NCBI GenBank assembly: GCA_040005945.1
Contig: JBDTXY010000001.1
Span: 1 to 41,593, forward strand
DNA: 41,593 nt
Direction of reading: 5' to 3'
Source: Acidobacteriota bacterium
GTDB lineage: Bacteria > Acidobacteriota > Thermoanaerobaculia > UBA5066 > Gp7-AA6
Below the pieces are notes generated by a model. That model was not told where the DNA came from, did no database searches, and was given only the letters and a program-made list of their open reading frames with translations. Position numbers and translations under genes: made by a program. This document shows, piece by piece, positions 16,701 to 26,949 of the stretch; position 1 is the stretch's first letter, and every line of letters starts with the position of its first letter.

Positions 16701-19393
16701 CGCTGGAATCGGCTCTCGAGTCCATCCTGGACTTCAAGCGGACGGCCACCTCTTTCGCGGCTCCCGCAGTGCCCGCCTTCTCGGGCGGCTTGAGCGACAC
16801 GGCGCTGATCGGCGCGGCCGTTCCGAGTCACTTGAACGTGGCGGATGGCTCGCTCTCCAAATGGTCGATCTGGAGCGGCTCGCTGAAGGCCCTGAAGCTC
16901 AATAACGGCGTCATCCCAGTCGTGACGGCGGCCTCGCCGACGGCGGCTCCCACCGTAACACCGGGCGGGCCGGTCCCGACGGTGACCCCCACGCCGGTGC
17001 CCGGCACCGGCAGCTATCCCGACGAGTCGGATCCCGACAATGGCACCGCCTCGGTGCGCAAGCCGGTTTGGAACGCAGGCCGGGTCCTGGGCTATACGAG
17101 CCCGTTAACCGATCTCGGAAACAACCTGGCTCCGCTCGATCCGCCGCCGCCCGGCAACGGCCCAATCCTGATCTGGCCCGGCCGCAAGATGATCTTTGCG
17201 AGCGGTTCGCTCGGCGGCAAGATCCCAATGGATCGGCAGGACTTGCTGCCCAATACCGGCACTTGCCAGAAGAGTGGAGGGACCGGCTGTTTCGACCTTC
17301 TGATGGGCTACATGGGATTGGACACCACGAAGACGATCGACACGACCCTGGCTGTCAACACCGTTCAATTCCTGCGGGGCGGCCGCACCAACTACGGGGT
17401 CCGAGACGAGATCCTCAACGACGTGAAACCCTCGACGATCGGGACGATCGGGCCCACGACCACCGAAAGAAAGTACTCCTATTACTATCAGGACGATCCA
17501 CCGATCCCCGGCAACCCGCCGCAGGATCCGACCGATTCGGCCAACACGCCTCCGGGGTATGCCCACAAGCTGGGCGACATTTTTCACTCCGAGGCGTTGG
17601 TCGTCGAGCCTCCGCGATATTTCCAATATCTTTCGTTGAATCTGGCGCCCAACGGCCCGGGCAGCGAGTATCTGAGCTTTGCGAACTTGCACGCTCAGCG
17701 CCGCAAGGTCGTTTACGTGGGATCCAATGACGGATTCCTCCACGCGTTCGACGCCGGCATGTTCAATCGCGACCCGGGCTTCGTTGGGATCCACGATCTG
17801 GGGACCGGGCGTGAAATCTTCGCGTATGCGCCGCGCGCCGTGAACGTCAAGTTCCCGGCCCTGCTCGATTTCACTCCGCTCCCGCAGTATTTCGTGGATG
17901 GATCCATGGCGGCGGCGGACGTGTTCGTCGATCCGGCCATCGCCGCCGCCGGCTCGCCGACCCCGGCGGATCGCGTATGGCGGACCGTGCTGGTCGGAGG
18001 CCTACGCCAGGGCGGTTCGAGATACTACGCTCTGGACGTCACGCAGCCCGACGAGATCGATCCGACGGGCGTCTTGCTGGACCCGAAGGACAATTCTCCC
18101 CACTGCTTGAACCTGACCGGCATCGGAACCAGTTGTAAAGCCGGAACGAGCGTCCCGCAGCGTCCGTATCCGTCGATTCTCTGGGAAATGGGCGACGTCG
18201 TCGATCCCGCGGCCGACCCCATCGTGGGAGCGCCCTGCTCCGACAGCTGTCAACTCTCTCCCCCTCCGGCCATGGGCGAAACCTGGTCGCGGCCGGTCGT
18301 CGGACGGATCCGGACCTTCACGGGACAGAACCCCGGACCGACATTCGAAGACCACTACGTCGCGATCTTTGGCGGAGGCTTCGACGCGAACTTTAACCCC
18401 GGCGACAACGTCGCCGCCCTGGTCGGCGCGGGCACGGCGGTCAACGGGCGAGCCTTCTACATTGTGGACGTGGAGACCGGCAAGATCCTCTTCAAGACCA
18501 CTGAGGGAATCGAAGGCGACGGGGTCACGATGACCAACTTCGCTCCCATGCCCGCACACCCCGCGGTGGCCGATTACGACGATGACGGCTACCTCGACGT
18601 GGCCTACATCGGCGACATGAACGGAAATATGTACCGCATCGATCTGACGCCGAATCCGGATCCGGCGGTGCTCCGCGGACAGATGGGCTCCGGCGAGGCC
18701 CACGGGTACGTTCCGTTCCACCTGTTCGACACCTGCAAGACCGTCACGATCGTCCCTTGCGATCAGCCGATCTTCTTCGAGCCCGGCATCGTCTTCCTGG
18801 GAGGCACGCTCAGTCCCCCGGCGCTGGGCATCTCGTTTGGCACTGGCAACCGCGCGGAGCTCGCGGCCCCCAACCCGGTGGGAGAGCCCAACGCCTTCTA
18901 CTACGTGACCGATACGGGGCAGGTCGATTTCACGTTCGACCGCAGCTCCTTGCGCGACATCACGCCCGTGACCGGAGTCGGGCCCTGTCCCATTCCCTAC
19001 GATCCGCTCACGTGTGGAGCGGGGAACACGGGCTTCGTGCTGGATTTCGCGTCGGGCAACGAGAAAGCCACGTCCACCCCGTTCTCGACCCAGGGTTACC
19101 TTTCGATCATCACGTTCACGCCGGATTCGGTCAGCCCCTGCGCCACGGAGGGCAACTCGTATCGCTACCGTTTCTTCTTCCTGACGGGGCAACCCGGGTA
19201 TACGACCGATCCCAGCGCCATCTATAACGGCTACGCGCAGACTCTGGGAGAGGGAATGGCCAGCGCGTCCCAATCCGTGGCCCCGGACGGAGATATAATC
19301 GACACGCTGCTGTTCTCGGAGGGTAATGTCCGTCAGGACATCACGCCGGGAGCCGTCAGGACGATCGAGCAAAACTGGAAGGAACAGCAATGA
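13721..19393 (+). CDS. pilY1: Giant PilY1-like pilus tip adhesin (vWA motifs, Thr/Pro linker, Cys-rich insert, C-terminal PilY1 propeller)
   Basis: GAGGAG lies 7 nt upstream of the ATG. N-terminal signal-like segment [15 protein letters not shown]. vWA MIDAS DSSNS (13892-13906) with the later vWA strand [12 protein letters not shown] (~16433). C-terminal third carries PilY1 hallmarks: [67 protein letters not shown], and a Ca-binding-type loop [25 protein letters not shown]. Confidence 0.9.
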   Translation: MRQRPVTTSRGLVGWAARHRAAATFLLLFMMASPATPDDRQLLQANAGASADVLLILDSSNSMNFDFTNFYRLPAYMDDFVYPEGTTAGAEGSKLGIAKSVLREVITKTTGVNWAFSYYRNPKQTLGAANADTGLLDPSKLGEPIGGAVNKNDYLENGGLEWFYLAECIVSSAGSNGGCLGLPSAVFDPVEYPDVQAGRFLQLGHKVMRNYTPDPRYPYPGATPGTWRGSFGPHSQKPGFTKNNPEGLVVYRNPNKPGFELRMTAVNHPYGDPFIFVKVEEFAAPAVPTVTPTTTPTVTATPTSTSTPTLTKTPKTKTPTPTPPPTNTPTITLTPSLTPTKTPVTPTLTPSKTFTATKTFTATPITPTNTPTKTLTPTNTFTPTKTFTGTPITPTNTPTNTLTPTPTVPTNTPTKTFTATPITPTKTPSNTKTPTPITPTDTPTKTFTATPVTPTSTKTPVPTNTQTATPLPATNTPTKTPTVVTSTPTKTPTIYIPPTTGGGAMPPQSLLPVIANWLPPAVRGLLAMAPPPPPMQTPGPCAGILITPKADCAPCPWEALDSPPGTNPGYPHYLCAYQDANGDKAINPTEKAPSNLIPLDPNLRGFDDPQADPDTTFVSTSKIAFIKYRRGDQFSFPPKYTAGDDLTGNPPWGSCIDGTNKKACPVFPDYDADGKADTPCVPVTACDRHNQGMYAALYDAGSAPPTTGPYPGVGVAGLNYSRPYQQYPLDAFAAKSCPLDIPSCDPTTWDCGGFAHFNGFTARDGTPYSGVAPDDLSVNSPNNGGSPYATGTEPPAPERWPVVPFKRDWDPYRATDYPAGGPSADESIKKLLRFVSSIVTYDSAAPDVTTAYRLAEDAKEVVATASQTPVAGALEDAYNYFKDSVFAPSTVPDPAVDCRNFIIVYVTDGLDECNSNPCTGGRTGLGVAGDLKDLLLPESAPGARAAANAVDPTIPIRGIPVNVVAMGDPTVFTNLSCIADNSGGTLYAATDRSTLESALESILDFKRTATSFAAPAVPAFSGGLSDTALIGAAVPSHLNVADGSLSKWSIWSGSLKALKLNNGVIPVVTAASPTAAPTVTPGGPVPTVTPTPVPGTGSYPDESDPDNGTASVRKPVWNAGRVLGYTSPLTDLGNNLAPLDPPPPGNGPILIWPGRKMIFASGSLGGKIPMDRQDLLPNTGTCQKSGGTGCFDLLMGYMGLDTTKTIDTTLAVNTVQFLRGGRTNYGVRDEILNDVKPSTIGTIGPTTTERKYSYYYQDDPPIPGNPPQDPTDSANTPPGYAHKLGDIFHSEALVVEPPRYFQYLSLNLAPNGPGSEYLSFANLHAQRRKVVYVGSNDGFLHAFDAGMFNRDPGFVGIHDLGTGREIFAYAPRAVNVKFPALLDFTPLPQYFVDGSMAAADVFVDPAIAAAGSPTPADRVWRTVLVGGLRQGGSRYYALDVTQPDEIDPTGVLLDPKDNSPHCLNLTGIGTSCKAGTSVPQRPYPSILWEMGDVVDPAADPIVGAPCSDSCQLSPPPAMGETWSRPVVGRIRTFTGQNPGPTFEDHYVAIFGGGFDANFNPGDNVAALVGAGTAVNGRAFYIVDVETGKILFKTTEGIEGDGVTMTNFAPMPAHPAVADYDDDGYLDVAYIGDMNGNMYRIDLTPNPDPAVLRGQMGSGEAHGYVPFHLFDTCKTVTIVPCDQPIFFEPGIVFLGGTLSPPALGISFGTGNRAELAAPNPVGEPNAFYYVTDTGQVDFTFDRSSLRDITPVTGVGPCPIPYDPLTCGAGNTGFVLDFASGNEKATSTPFSTQGYLSIITFTPDSVSPCATEGNSYRYRFFFLTGQPGYTTDPSAIYNGYAQTLGEGMASASQSVAPDGDIIDTLLFSEGNVRQDITPGAVRTIEQNWKEQQ
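14573..15220 (+). repeat. Thr/Pro-rich low-complexity linker encoded by degenerate tandem DNA repeats (inside pilY1-like gene 1)
   Basis: About 215 residues are almost entirely T, P, K, N, F, e.g. [48 protein letters not shown]... The DNA unit GACGAAGACCTTCACGG(C/G)(G/C)ACGCC(G/C)ATCAC(C/G)CCGACGAA recurs at roughly 90-bp intervals (near 14867, 14958, 15048). Confidence 0.85.
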
Positions 19394-20283
19394 AATCACT
19401 CCGACAGGGCCTCGCCGCCGCGTTTCTCACCGGAACGACGGCGTTGGCCCTGGCCGGAGATGTCGTGGTCCTCAAGGGCGGAGCAGTCATCGAGCTCAAG
19501 CAGCCTTGGGTCCGCCGCGGCAACACCGCCTACCTGACTCGCGCCGACGGGACTCTGCTCTCCGTCCCCGTGGGAGAGATTGACCGGGACGCTACCGCCG
19601 CCGCGGCGGTCAAGCCGGCGTCGCAGCCTGCGCCGGCCGAGCCGTCCCAGCCCTCGACTCCGGCCGAGGCCGTTCGCACGGTTCGCGAAGGGCCCAAGGC
19701 GCGCGTCAAGATCACCGACGCAGACGTGTCCCATCCGTTGGATCTGTCGGAAACGCTCCCGCAGGGAAAGAAAGAGCAGCCCGGGGGACCCGCACGCGTG
19801 GAGATCGCGCAATATACGCAAGACCTTCAAGGCCAGACCCTCTACGTCAAGGGCCAGCTCCGCAATCCCACGCAGTACCTGGCCGACGATGTCAAGATGA
19901 CCGTTACCGCGATCGACGAGAAGGGCCAGGCGATCACCGCGGAGCCCGCTTCGCTGTCCAATGGCCAGCTGGAGAGCGCGGCAACGGTGGAATTCTCCGT
20001 ACCCCTCGCGGTGGGCGACCGCACCGTGGCTTCTCTGCGTTTCGCTCCCACCTGGAAAGGACCGCGCCCAACACCTGCCCCCACGCCAAGAGCGAACGCC
20101 GCCGCCGCTGCAAGGGCAGCAGCGGCCGCCGAGGCTCCCCAGGTCCGGCCGACTCCATACGGTCGAGGCAACATTTACCCGGCTCCCGTGGCCAATGCTC
20201 CGATGTCGCCGCAGGCGGACGGGTCCGGCTACATCCCTGGCGCGGCCAGTACCGAGAACCAGCCTAAGCCCCCCCAGCACTAG
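19390..20283 (+). CDS. Secreted protein of unknown function, translationally coupled to pilY1-like gene 1
   Basis: ATGA overlap at 19390-19393. Signal peptide [23 protein letters not shown]. Small N-terminal domain, a Pro/Ala-rich linker ([24 protein letters not shown]), a beta-rich C-terminal domain ([33 protein letters not shown]...) and a Pro/Ala tail. No family recognised with confidence. Confidence 0.7.
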   Translation: MKSLRQGLAAAFLTGTTALALAGDVVVLKGGAVIELKQPWVRRGNTAYLTRADGTLLSVPVGEIDRDATAAAAVKPASQPAPAEPSQPSTPAEAVRTVREGPKARVKITDADVSHPLDLSETLPQGKKEQPGGPARVEIAQYTQDLQGQTLYVKGQLRNPTQYLADDVKMTVTAIDEKGQAITAEPASLSNGQLESAATVEFSVPLAVGDRTVASLRFAPTWKGPRPTPAPTPRANAAAAARAAAAAEAPQVRPTPYGRGNIYPAPVANAPMSPQADGSGYIPGAASTENQPKPPQH

Positions 20284-20370
20284 GCCCCCCCGCGGAAATC
20301 CCGCGCCTCCGCAATCTCGAATACCTGCCCGTTTTGTCAGGTCTGTGTACTGGCACGCAGGCCAGTTTCA

Positions 20371-20389
20371 CTGTTACTGGAAGTAACAG
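20371..20389. promoter_or_regulatory. Palindrome CTGTTAC-TGGAA-GTAACAG, candidate enhancer-binding-protein site (UAS)
   Basis: Perfect 7-bp inverted repeat with a 5-nt spacer, 94 nt upstream of the GG of the sigma-54-like element at 20473. It has the same half-sites as 10442-10459. Confidence 0.5.
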
Positions 20390-20472
20390 GATGGCAAGTC
20401 GACAGGTTCGGTCCTCGAGGTTGTATTGATGCAACTGATTCATTTCCAGCTATTTGAAGCGATCTTCGGTGG

Positions 20473-20488
20473 CGGCACGGAAATCGCT
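20473..20488 (+). promoter_or_regulatory. Sigma-54 (-24/-12) promoter candidate for pilY1-like gene 2
   Basis: CGGCACGGAAATCGCT has correct GG-N10-GC spacing. It is followed ~20 nt later by GGAGG and ATG 20518, and matches 10547-10562 at 15 of 16 positions. Confidence 0.6.
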
Positions 20489-20517
20489 CCTTCCGGACTA
20501 GAAACCCGGAGGCCAAG

Positions 20518-23500
20518 ATGCGGATTCAACCCAGCGTTCGCGGAGTCAAACACGGATCGCGATTTCGGGGAGCCGTCTCCTCGCTCTTGCTCCTGCTCAC
20601 GGCCGTGCCCGGACGTCCCGACGACCGGCAGCTCCTTCAGGCGAATCAGGGCGCCAACACCAACGTCCTCCTGATCCTGGACTCCTCGCATTCGATGAAC
20701 GACGAGTTCGCGGCCAAGTACCGGTTGCCGGCGTACATGGACGACTTCCTGTATCCGCAGGGAACCTCCGAAGGGACCAGCGGCTCCAAGCTGGGGGTGG
20801 CCAAGAGCGTGCTTCGCCAGACCCTGTCGATCACGAGCGGCGTCAACTGGGCGTTCGCCTACTACCGGAATCCGAACCAGACCTTCGGCGCGGCGGACAC
20901 GTTCGTCGGGACGCCTCCCGACTACGTCGACCAGGGCCTCGCGATCGGCGGCGCCAAGGTCGCGGGCGACTACCTGGAAAACGGTGGGCTCGAGTGGATG
21001 TATTTCGCGGACTCGCTGCTCGACGGCTCGCCGGTCAGCTCCGCGTTTGCGTCCAACGACTATCCCGACATCCAGAGCGGCCGCTTCCTGCAAATGGGCC
21101 ACAAGGTCATGCGCAACTACGGAAGCGAGCAGCCCGTCCTCGAGATCGCCGACGTGCGTCCGCCGTACTCGGCTCCCACGGGCCCGCCGTCGGGGGAACC
21201 GACTCCGGGAACCTGGAGGGGCGCCTTCGGACCGCACGGGGAGGGGCAGGTCATCTATCGGAGCCCGTCCAAGCCGGGCTCCGAGCTGCGGATCAAGGTC
21301 TCTTCGGGCAAGTATTCCGACGCCTCCCTCATCCTGGATGTCGAGGAGTGGGCGCCGCCTCCGCCAACCTTCACTCCCAACAAGACGAAGTCGCCCACGC
21401 AGACCATCACCCCTGGCGGCCCGCCGCCGCCTACCGCCACCAAGAAACCGACGAAGACCGCCACTCCCATTCCTCCGACGCCGACACCCACGCCCAAGGG
21501 TTCCGAAGGCCAGTTGCCCGTCGGAAGCCGGCTGCCGGTGATCGCCTCGTGGATGGCGCCGGCGGTGCGCGGGATGTTGGCCATGGTTCCCCCGCCTCCC
21601 CAGCCGGCGCCGCCGTGTCCCGGCATCCCGGCAGGCTATCCGCCGCCGCAGTGCGCGCCTTGTCCGTACGACCTCGCCGGACGTTCCTGCTCCGTCGTCG
21701 ATGCCAACGCAAACGGCGCCATCGATCCGGGAGAGTTCGCTCCGGCAAACTTCATCCCCCTGCCCTCCGCGATGCGGGGATTCGACGACCCGCAGGCCGA
21801 TCCGACCCAGAAGGGGCAATACCTGCGGACGGTCTCGATCAAGTACACGCGCGGGGACCTCTACAACCTGCCCCCACAGTACCTCCCCGACGACCTGAAG
21901 AACGGAAACCCGCCCTGGGGCTCGCGGGCGGGAGACGGAGACGCCGACGGAAAAACCGACGGGTTGGCGGACCGCCACAACCAGGGGATGTTCGCGGCCA
22001 TCTACGACAAGGATCGCTCCCGCGGCGAGCAGCAGTATCCCAGCGACGCGTTCGCCGAGCCGTCCTGCCCTCTGAACGATTACTTCGCCGGCACGCAATG
22101 CGACGTGTACGTGAAGGACTGCGGCGGACTGGCTCGATACCTCTCCGCAAGACCGTGCGATCCGGCCAATCCCGAGGTCTCGTGCGCGGGCGGCGGATAC
22201 AACGCGTACCCGGACGCCCTCACGAAGCCTCCGTCCTCGGACGACTGGGTGGTGGTTCCCTTCAAGCGCGACTACATCGCGACGGACACCGACAACGCTC
22301 CGGTCATCAAGAGACTCTTGCGCTTCGCCTCTTCCATCGTGTCCTACGACTCAGCCGCGCCGACGGCCAATGCCTACCAGCTCAAGGAGGACGCGAAAAA
22401 CGTGGTCGTGACCGCTCCGGGAACGCCCATCGGGGGCGCGCTGCACGACGCCTACAACTACTTCGTGAAGAGCGTTTTCCCGGGCGACGTGGTTCGGGAC
22501 GACAAGGTCGACTGCCGCAAATACATCGTCGTGTTCTTGACGGACGGGCTGGATGAGTGCGGCTCGCAGGATCTCCTGTGCTCGGGCGGTCCGACGGGAG
22601 GCGGTCCCGGGGGTGATCTGGGTGAGGTGCTGCTGCCCGAGAGCGTGCCGGGTGCGCGCGCGGCCGCCCACGCGATCGATCCGATGGTGCCCCTCAAAGG
22701 AATCCCGGTCTACATGATCGGATTGGGCACGGACCTGGATCTGGACAGCTTTCAGTGCATCGCCGACAAGAGCGGGGGAAAGGTCCTGGGCGCCACCAGC
22801 GGCGATGAGCTGCGGGCGGATCTGGCCAGCATCTTGAACTTCCAGCGCGGCGCCAACGTGTTCGCGTCACCGAGTCTGCCGGCCTTCTCCTCGGCGCAGG
22901 GCAACGACTCGGCGCAGATCGGCGCGGTCATCCCCAGTCATCAAAATCTCGACGGGTCCCTCTCGAGCTGGTCGGTCTGGAACGGATCCCTGAAGAGCTA
23001 CAAACTGGATCCCCAGGGATTGATCCCGGTCGTCACCGCGGCTCCCGCGACGCCCACCCCCACGCCCACGGGCGTCGTTCCCACGGCCACTCCGGGGGTG
23101 CCGACACCCACGCCGACTCCGATTCCGGGCACGACCAGCTATCCCAACGAGACCCTTCCGGATGGGCCCGTCGCCGTGCAACGAATGCCCGTCTGGAACG
23201 CGGCGCGGCTCCTGGGGTACACGGACCCGTCGACCAATCTCGACGGCGGGAAAGCGCCCAGCGGCGCCACACCGGCGGCCAAGAACGTCTGGCCCGGCCG
23301 CAAGATGGTGTTCGCGCGGGCCGCGGCGGGGGTGCCCCTCCTGCGCGCCGATTTCATGCCGGATACCCCGGGCGTCTGCGACGGCGCCTGCTTCAACGAC
23401 CTGATGACCGACATGGGCCTGACGCCGGGCAATCCGGACGACACGACGCTGGCCATTCGCACGGTGCAGTTTCTGCGCGGCGGAACCAAGGCCGGCGGCA

Positions 23501-25461
23501 CCCGGGACGAGATCCTGAATCTCGTCAAGCCGGGAACGATCGGCAACATCGGCCCCGGTCCCGACGACGCGCAGATGTACTCGTACTACTACCAGGACGA
23601 CGCTCCCGCTCCGGGCGATCCGCCCCAAACGCGCACCGACGGCAGCAATTCGCCTCCGGGATACGGGCACAAACTGGGCGACATCTTTCATTCCGAGCCC
23701 CTGCTCCTGCAGCCGCCCCGCTACTTCCAGTACCTGTCGGCCAACGTGGGCGCCGCGGTCGGAAAGCCCTACCTGGATTTTGCCAACCGGCAGGCGCTGC
23801 GCCGCCGCGTCCTCTTTGCGGGCGCCAACGACGGATTCCTGCATGCGTTCGATGCGGGGGTCTGGGACCGCGATCCGGCCCTGGCGAAACTGCACGATCT
23901 GGGAACCGGCCGCGAGATCTTCGCCTACGCTCCGCTGGCGGTGATGAAGGACAAGTTCCCGAGCCTCCTGACGTTCCCGCCGGTGCCGCAGTATTTCGTG
24001 GACGGCTCCATGGCCGCGGCGGACGTCCTGGTGGATCCCATCCACAGCGGAACCCCGACGCCGGCAGACCGCCTCTGGCGCACCGTCCTCGTCGGAGGAT
24101 TGCGGCAAGGCGGCTCCAGCTACTACGCGCTGGACGTGACCCAACCCGATGATCTCAAGGCCGACGGGTCGATGAAGGGAAACAAAGACGCCTCTCCGGC
24201 CTGCTTGAACGGGGCCGGGGCCAGTTGCAAGGTCGGGGGGACCGCGCGCAGATACCCCGAGATCCTCTGGGAGCTGAACGACGCCGGGACCGTGGCCTGC
24301 TCGGATTCCTGCGGCAGCGGCATCCGCAATCCGGCGATGGGCGAGACGTGGTCGCGGCCGGTGATCGGCCGCATCCGGGTCATCACGGGGGCCGGGCCCG
24401 TCTACGAGGACCGCTACGTCGCGATCTTCGGCGGCGGTTTCGATCCGGCCTTTTCTCCGGGCGAGGACGTGGACGCCAAGCTCAACGTGGGCACGCCCGT
24501 CAACGGGCGAACGGTCTACATCGTGGACGTGGAAACCGGCAAGATCCTCTACAAGGCGACGCAGGGAGACACGGCCGACGGGGCCGGGCTCACCGCAACG
24601 GTCAAGTTTGCGCCGGTGCCGGCCCCCGTCACGGCCGCCGACTACGACGACGACGGCTATCTGGACGTCGTCTATGTCGGCGACGTCAACGGGCACATGT
24701 GGCGTCTCGACGTGACTCCCGACGCCTCGACGACCCCCAAACGGGGCGAGCTGGTGGCGGGGCGCCTGCAGGGCTACAAGCCGTTCCTGCTGTTCAATGG
24801 CTGCGGCGTGACCACGGGCGCATGCACGCGAAAGCTGCCGATCTTCTTCGAGCCCGGCATCGTTTATCTGGGCGGCGCGGGCGGAGCGCCTCCGCCGATG
24901 GCGGTGGCGTTTGGAACCGGCGACCGGTCGGACTTGACCGCGGTCAAGCCGCTGGGCGCGAACATGGACGGCTTCTACTATGTGGTCGAGACCGGGCAGA
25001 CGACGCAGACGATGCTCCAGGAGAATCTGCGCGATCTGACTCCGGGCGTGGGACCCGGGCCGTGTCCGGATCCCTCGGACCTGTCGACTTGCGTGAACGC
25101 GATCAACGGCTTCGTCCTGAGCTTCGCGTCGGCCAACGAGAAGTCCACCTCCACCGTCTACTCGACGCTGGGATATCTGAGCCTGGTGACGTTTACGCCG
25201 GATTCTCCGACGCCCTGTGGAATCAGCGGAAGCTCCTACCGGTACCGGTTCTTCTACTTGACCGGCCAACCCGGATACCCGGGCGGAGCCTACGGCGGCT
25301 TCCAGGAGACCTTGGGCTCGGGAGTCGCGAGCGCGTCCCAGACCACCAATCCCGCGGGCGGGATCGTGGACACGGTGTTCTTCTCTCAAGGCGCCACGCG
25401 GCAGGACCTGACTCCGGGGACCGTGCGCACGATGGAACAGAACTGGAAAGAGCAAGAGTAA
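20518..25461 (+). CDS. pilY1: Second PilY1-like pilus tip adhesin (paralog of 13721-19393, shorter linker)
   Basis: Collinear with gene 1: [41 protein letters not shown], vWA strand [105 protein letters not shown]-terminal EQNWKEQE. Confidence 0.9.
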   Translation: MRIQPSVRGVKHGSRFRGAVSSLLLLLTAVPGRPDDRQLLQANQGANTNVLLILDSSHSMNDEFAAKYRLPAYMDDFLYPQGTSEGTSGSKLGVAKSVLRQTLSITSGVNWAFAYYRNPNQTFGAADTFVGTPPDYVDQGLAIGGAKVAGDYLENGGLEWMYFADSLLDGSPVSSAFASNDYPDIQSGRFLQMGHKVMRNYGSEQPVLEIADVRPPYSAPTGPPSGEPTPGTWRGAFGPHGEGQVIYRSPSKPGSELRIKVSSGKYSDASLILDVEEWAPPPPTFTPNKTKSPTQTITPGGPPPPTATKKPTKTATPIPPTPTPTPKGSEGQLPVGSRLPVIASWMAPAVRGMLAMVPPPPQPAPPCPGIPAGYPPPQCAPCPYDLAGRSCSVVDANANGAIDPGEFAPANFIPLPSAMRGFDDPQADPTQKGQYLRTVSIKYTRGDLYNLPPQYLPDDLKNGNPPWGSRAGDGDADGKTDGLADRHNQGMFAAIYDKDRSRGEQQYPSDAFAEPSCPLNDYFAGTQCDVYVKDCGGLARYLSARPCDPANPEVSCAGGGYNAYPDALTKPPSSDDWVVVPFKRDYIATDTDNAPVIKRLLRFASSIVSYDSAAPTANAYQLKEDAKNVVVTAPGTPIGGALHDAYNYFVKSVFPGDVVRDDKVDCRKYIVVFLTDGLDECGSQDLLCSGGPTGGGPGGDLGEVLLPESVPGARAAAHAIDPMVPLKGIPVYMIGLGTDLDLDSFQCIADKSGGKVLGATSGDELRADLASILNFQRGANVFASPSLPAFSSAQGNDSAQIGAVIPSHQNLDGSLSSWSVWNGSLKSYKLDPQGLIPVVTAAPATPTPTPTGVVPTATPGVPTPTPTPIPGTTSYPNETLPDGPVAVQRMPVWNAARLLGYTDPSTNLDGGKAPSGATPAAKNVWPGRKMVFARAAAGVPLLRADFMPDTPGVCDGACFNDLMTDMGLTPGNPDDTTLAIRTVQFLRGGTKAGGTRDEILNLVKPGTIGNIGPGPDDAQMYSYYYQDDAPAPGDPPQTRTDGSNSPPGYGHKLGDIFHSEPLLLQPPRYFQYLSANVGAAVGKPYLDFANRQALRRRVLFAGANDGFLHAFDAGVWDRDPALAKLHDLGTGREIFAYAPLAVMKDKFPSLLTFPPVPQYFVDGSMAAADVLVDPIHSGTPTPADRLWRTVLVGGLRQGGSSYYALDVTQPDDLKADGSMKGNKDASPACLNGAGASCKVGGTARRYPEILWELNDAGTVACSDSCGSGIRNPAMGETWSRPVIGRIRVITGAGPVYEDRYVAIFGGGFDPAFSPGEDVDAKLNVGTPVNGRTVYIVDVETGKILYKATQGDTADGAGLTATVKFAPVPAPVTAADYDDDGYLDVVYVGDVNGHMWRLDVTPDASTTPKRGELVAGRLQGYKPFLLFNGCGVTTGACTRKLPIFFEPGIVYLGGAGGAPPPMAVAFGTGDRSDLTAVKPLGANMDGFYYVVETGQTTQTMLQENLRDLTPGVGPGPCPDPSDLSTCVNAINGFVLSFASANEKSTSTVYSTLGYLSLVTFTPDSPTPCGISGSSYRYRFFYLTGQPGYPGGAYGGFQETLGSGVASASQTTNPAGGIVDTVFFSQGATRQDLTPGTVRTMEQNWKEQE

Positions 25462-25469
25462 GACCCTCC

Positions 25470-25523
25470 GGCTCGATCCGCGGCCGCGCCGTCTTTGGGA
25501 GGGCGTGGGCCGCGGATTGAGCC
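25470..25523 (+). terminator. GC-rich stem-loop after pilY1-like gene 2 (possible terminator; no U-tract)
   Basis: GGCTCGATCCGCGGCC (25470-25485) pairs with GGCCGCGGATTGAGCC (25508-25523) over 16 bp with one G-U. An inner CGCC/GGCG extension adds to the stem. It starts 9 nt after the stop codon. Confidence 0.4.
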
Positions 25524-25582
25524 GGTCCCGCTTCGATTCCCGCCTTCCGCATCTGACCCGAAGCCGCTACTCTTGAGGCGAC

Positions 25583-26941
25583 ATGCCCAGAATCCTGATC
25601 GTCGAAGACAAGGACTCCCTGCGCACGATGCTCCAGGAAATGTTGAAGGCCGAAGGCCTGAGCGTGATGTGCGCCAGCACCGGATCGCAAGCCGTCGAGC
25701 AGCTGCGCAGGGGCGAGCTCTACGACCTGGTCCTGACCGACTGGCGGCTGCCCGGCGCCGATGGGCTCGCCGTGCTGGATGCCGCGATCGCGGCGGACGC
25801 GACACTGCCGGTGCTCGTGATGACGGCCTTCGGCTCGATCGAAACGGCCGTCGAGGCGATGAAGCACGGCGCCGAGGACTTCATCACCAAGCCGGTCGAT
25901 CCGGATCTGCTGCGCCTGCTGGTCAAACGCGCGATCGAACGGCGCACCCGCTCGCGGCAGTCCCTGCTCTTCGCCGAGGCGCAGTCGCGCTCGCTGCCGC
26001 CGATCGTGGGGGAGTCGGCCGCCATTCGGGCCGTGCGCGCCGAGACCGAGCGCGTCGCGGCCACGGATGCCACGGTGCTGCTCGAGGGCGAGAGCGGAAC
26101 CGGCAAGGAGCTCTTCGCGCGGGCGATTCACGCGCTGTCGGCGCGCCGGGACAATGCCTTCATCGCGATCAACTGCGCGGCGATTCCGGAGACGCTGCTG
26201 GAGAGCGAGCTCTTCGGCCACGAACGGGGGTCCTTCACGGGAGCCGCCGGCCGGCGCCTGGGAAAATTCGAGCTGGGCGACGCGGGAACCGTGTTTCTCG
26301 ACGAGATCGGCGAGCTCTCGCCCGCCACGCAGGGCAAGCTCCTGCGCGTCCTGCAGGAGCGGTCCTTTCATCGGGTGGGCGGCACGACCGCGATCCAAGT
26401 CGATGTCCGGATCATCGCCGCGTCGAATCGGCCGCTCGAGAAGCTGGTGGCTCAGGGAGGGTTCCGCGAGGACCTCTATTACCGCGTCCACGTCTTTCCG
26501 ATTCGGATCCCGGCGCTGCGCGAGCGGCCCGAGGACATCGACCCGCTCATCGACTGGTACCTGACGCATCTTCCCCAGGAGCTGGGAAAACGCGTCGTGC
26601 GCTTGAACCCCGCGGCGCGGGAACGCCTGCGCGCCTACGATTGGCCGGGCAACGTTCGCGAGCTCCGCAACTGCCTCGAGCGGGCCATCATCCTCTGCGA
26701 CGAAGACGGCATCAGCGAAAGGCACCTGCGCCTGGGCCCCGAGCCCGCGTCCGTGGAGGCCGTGCGAGAGGAGACGCTCGAGCAGGCCAGGGATCGCGCC
26801 GGCCTCGCGGCCGAGCGGGTGTGGCTGCTCCGGGCGCTGGAGAAAGCCCGCGGCGATCGGACCGCCGCGGCGCAGGCGGCCGGAATCTCGGCTCGACGTT
26901 TCGAGGCCAAGCTCCGGGAGCACGGTCTCGAAGAGCTCTGA
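25583..26941 (+). CDS. Sigma-54-dependent response regulator (REC + AAA+ + Fis-type HTH; NtrC/PilR-like)
   Basis: REC domain: [11 protein letters not shown]...[17 protein letters not shown]+ domain: Walker [15 protein letters not shown]-type loop [28 protein letters not shown]-terminal [29 protein letters not shown]. Confidence 0.95.
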   Translation: MPRILIVEDKDSLRTMLQEMLKAEGLSVMCASTGSQAVEQLRRGELYDLVLTDWRLPGADGLAVLDAAIAADATLPVLVMTAFGSIETAVEAMKHGAEDFITKPVDPDLLRLLVKRAIERRTRSRQSLLFAEAQSRSLPPIVGESAAIRAVRAETERVAATDATVLLEGESGTGKELFARAIHALSARRDNAFIAINCAAIPETLLESELFGHERGSFTGAAGRRLGKFELGDAGTVFLDEIGELSPATQGKLLRVLQERSFHRVGGTTAIQVDVRIIAASNRPLEKLVAQGGFREDLYYRVHVFPIRIPALRERPEDIDPLIDWYLTHLPQELGKRVVRLNPAARERLRAYDWPGNVRELRNCLERAIILCDEDGISERHLRLGPEPASVEAVREETLEQARDRAGLAAERVWLLRALEKARGDRTAAAQAAGISARRFEAKLREHGLEEL

Positions 26942-26949
26942 GTCTCCGG

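Noticed and set aside
13817-16831. Very long antisense ORFs opposite the large genes. Examples: 13817-16831, 18002-19399, 20440-22098, 22867-25455, 1835-2911, 4985-6592, 25223-27157, 3819-4793.
   Set aside because: Their translations are Arg/Gly/Pro/Ala-rich low-complexity strings with no recognisable motifs. They lie exactly opposite genes with clear family signatures. Such stop-free antisense frames are expected in GC-rich DNA.
20350-20366. TGGCACG motif (20351-20357) upstream of the palindrome before pilY1-like gene 2.
   Set aside because: It has a good -24 half, but the position where TTGC is required reads CCAG, so there is no -12 element.
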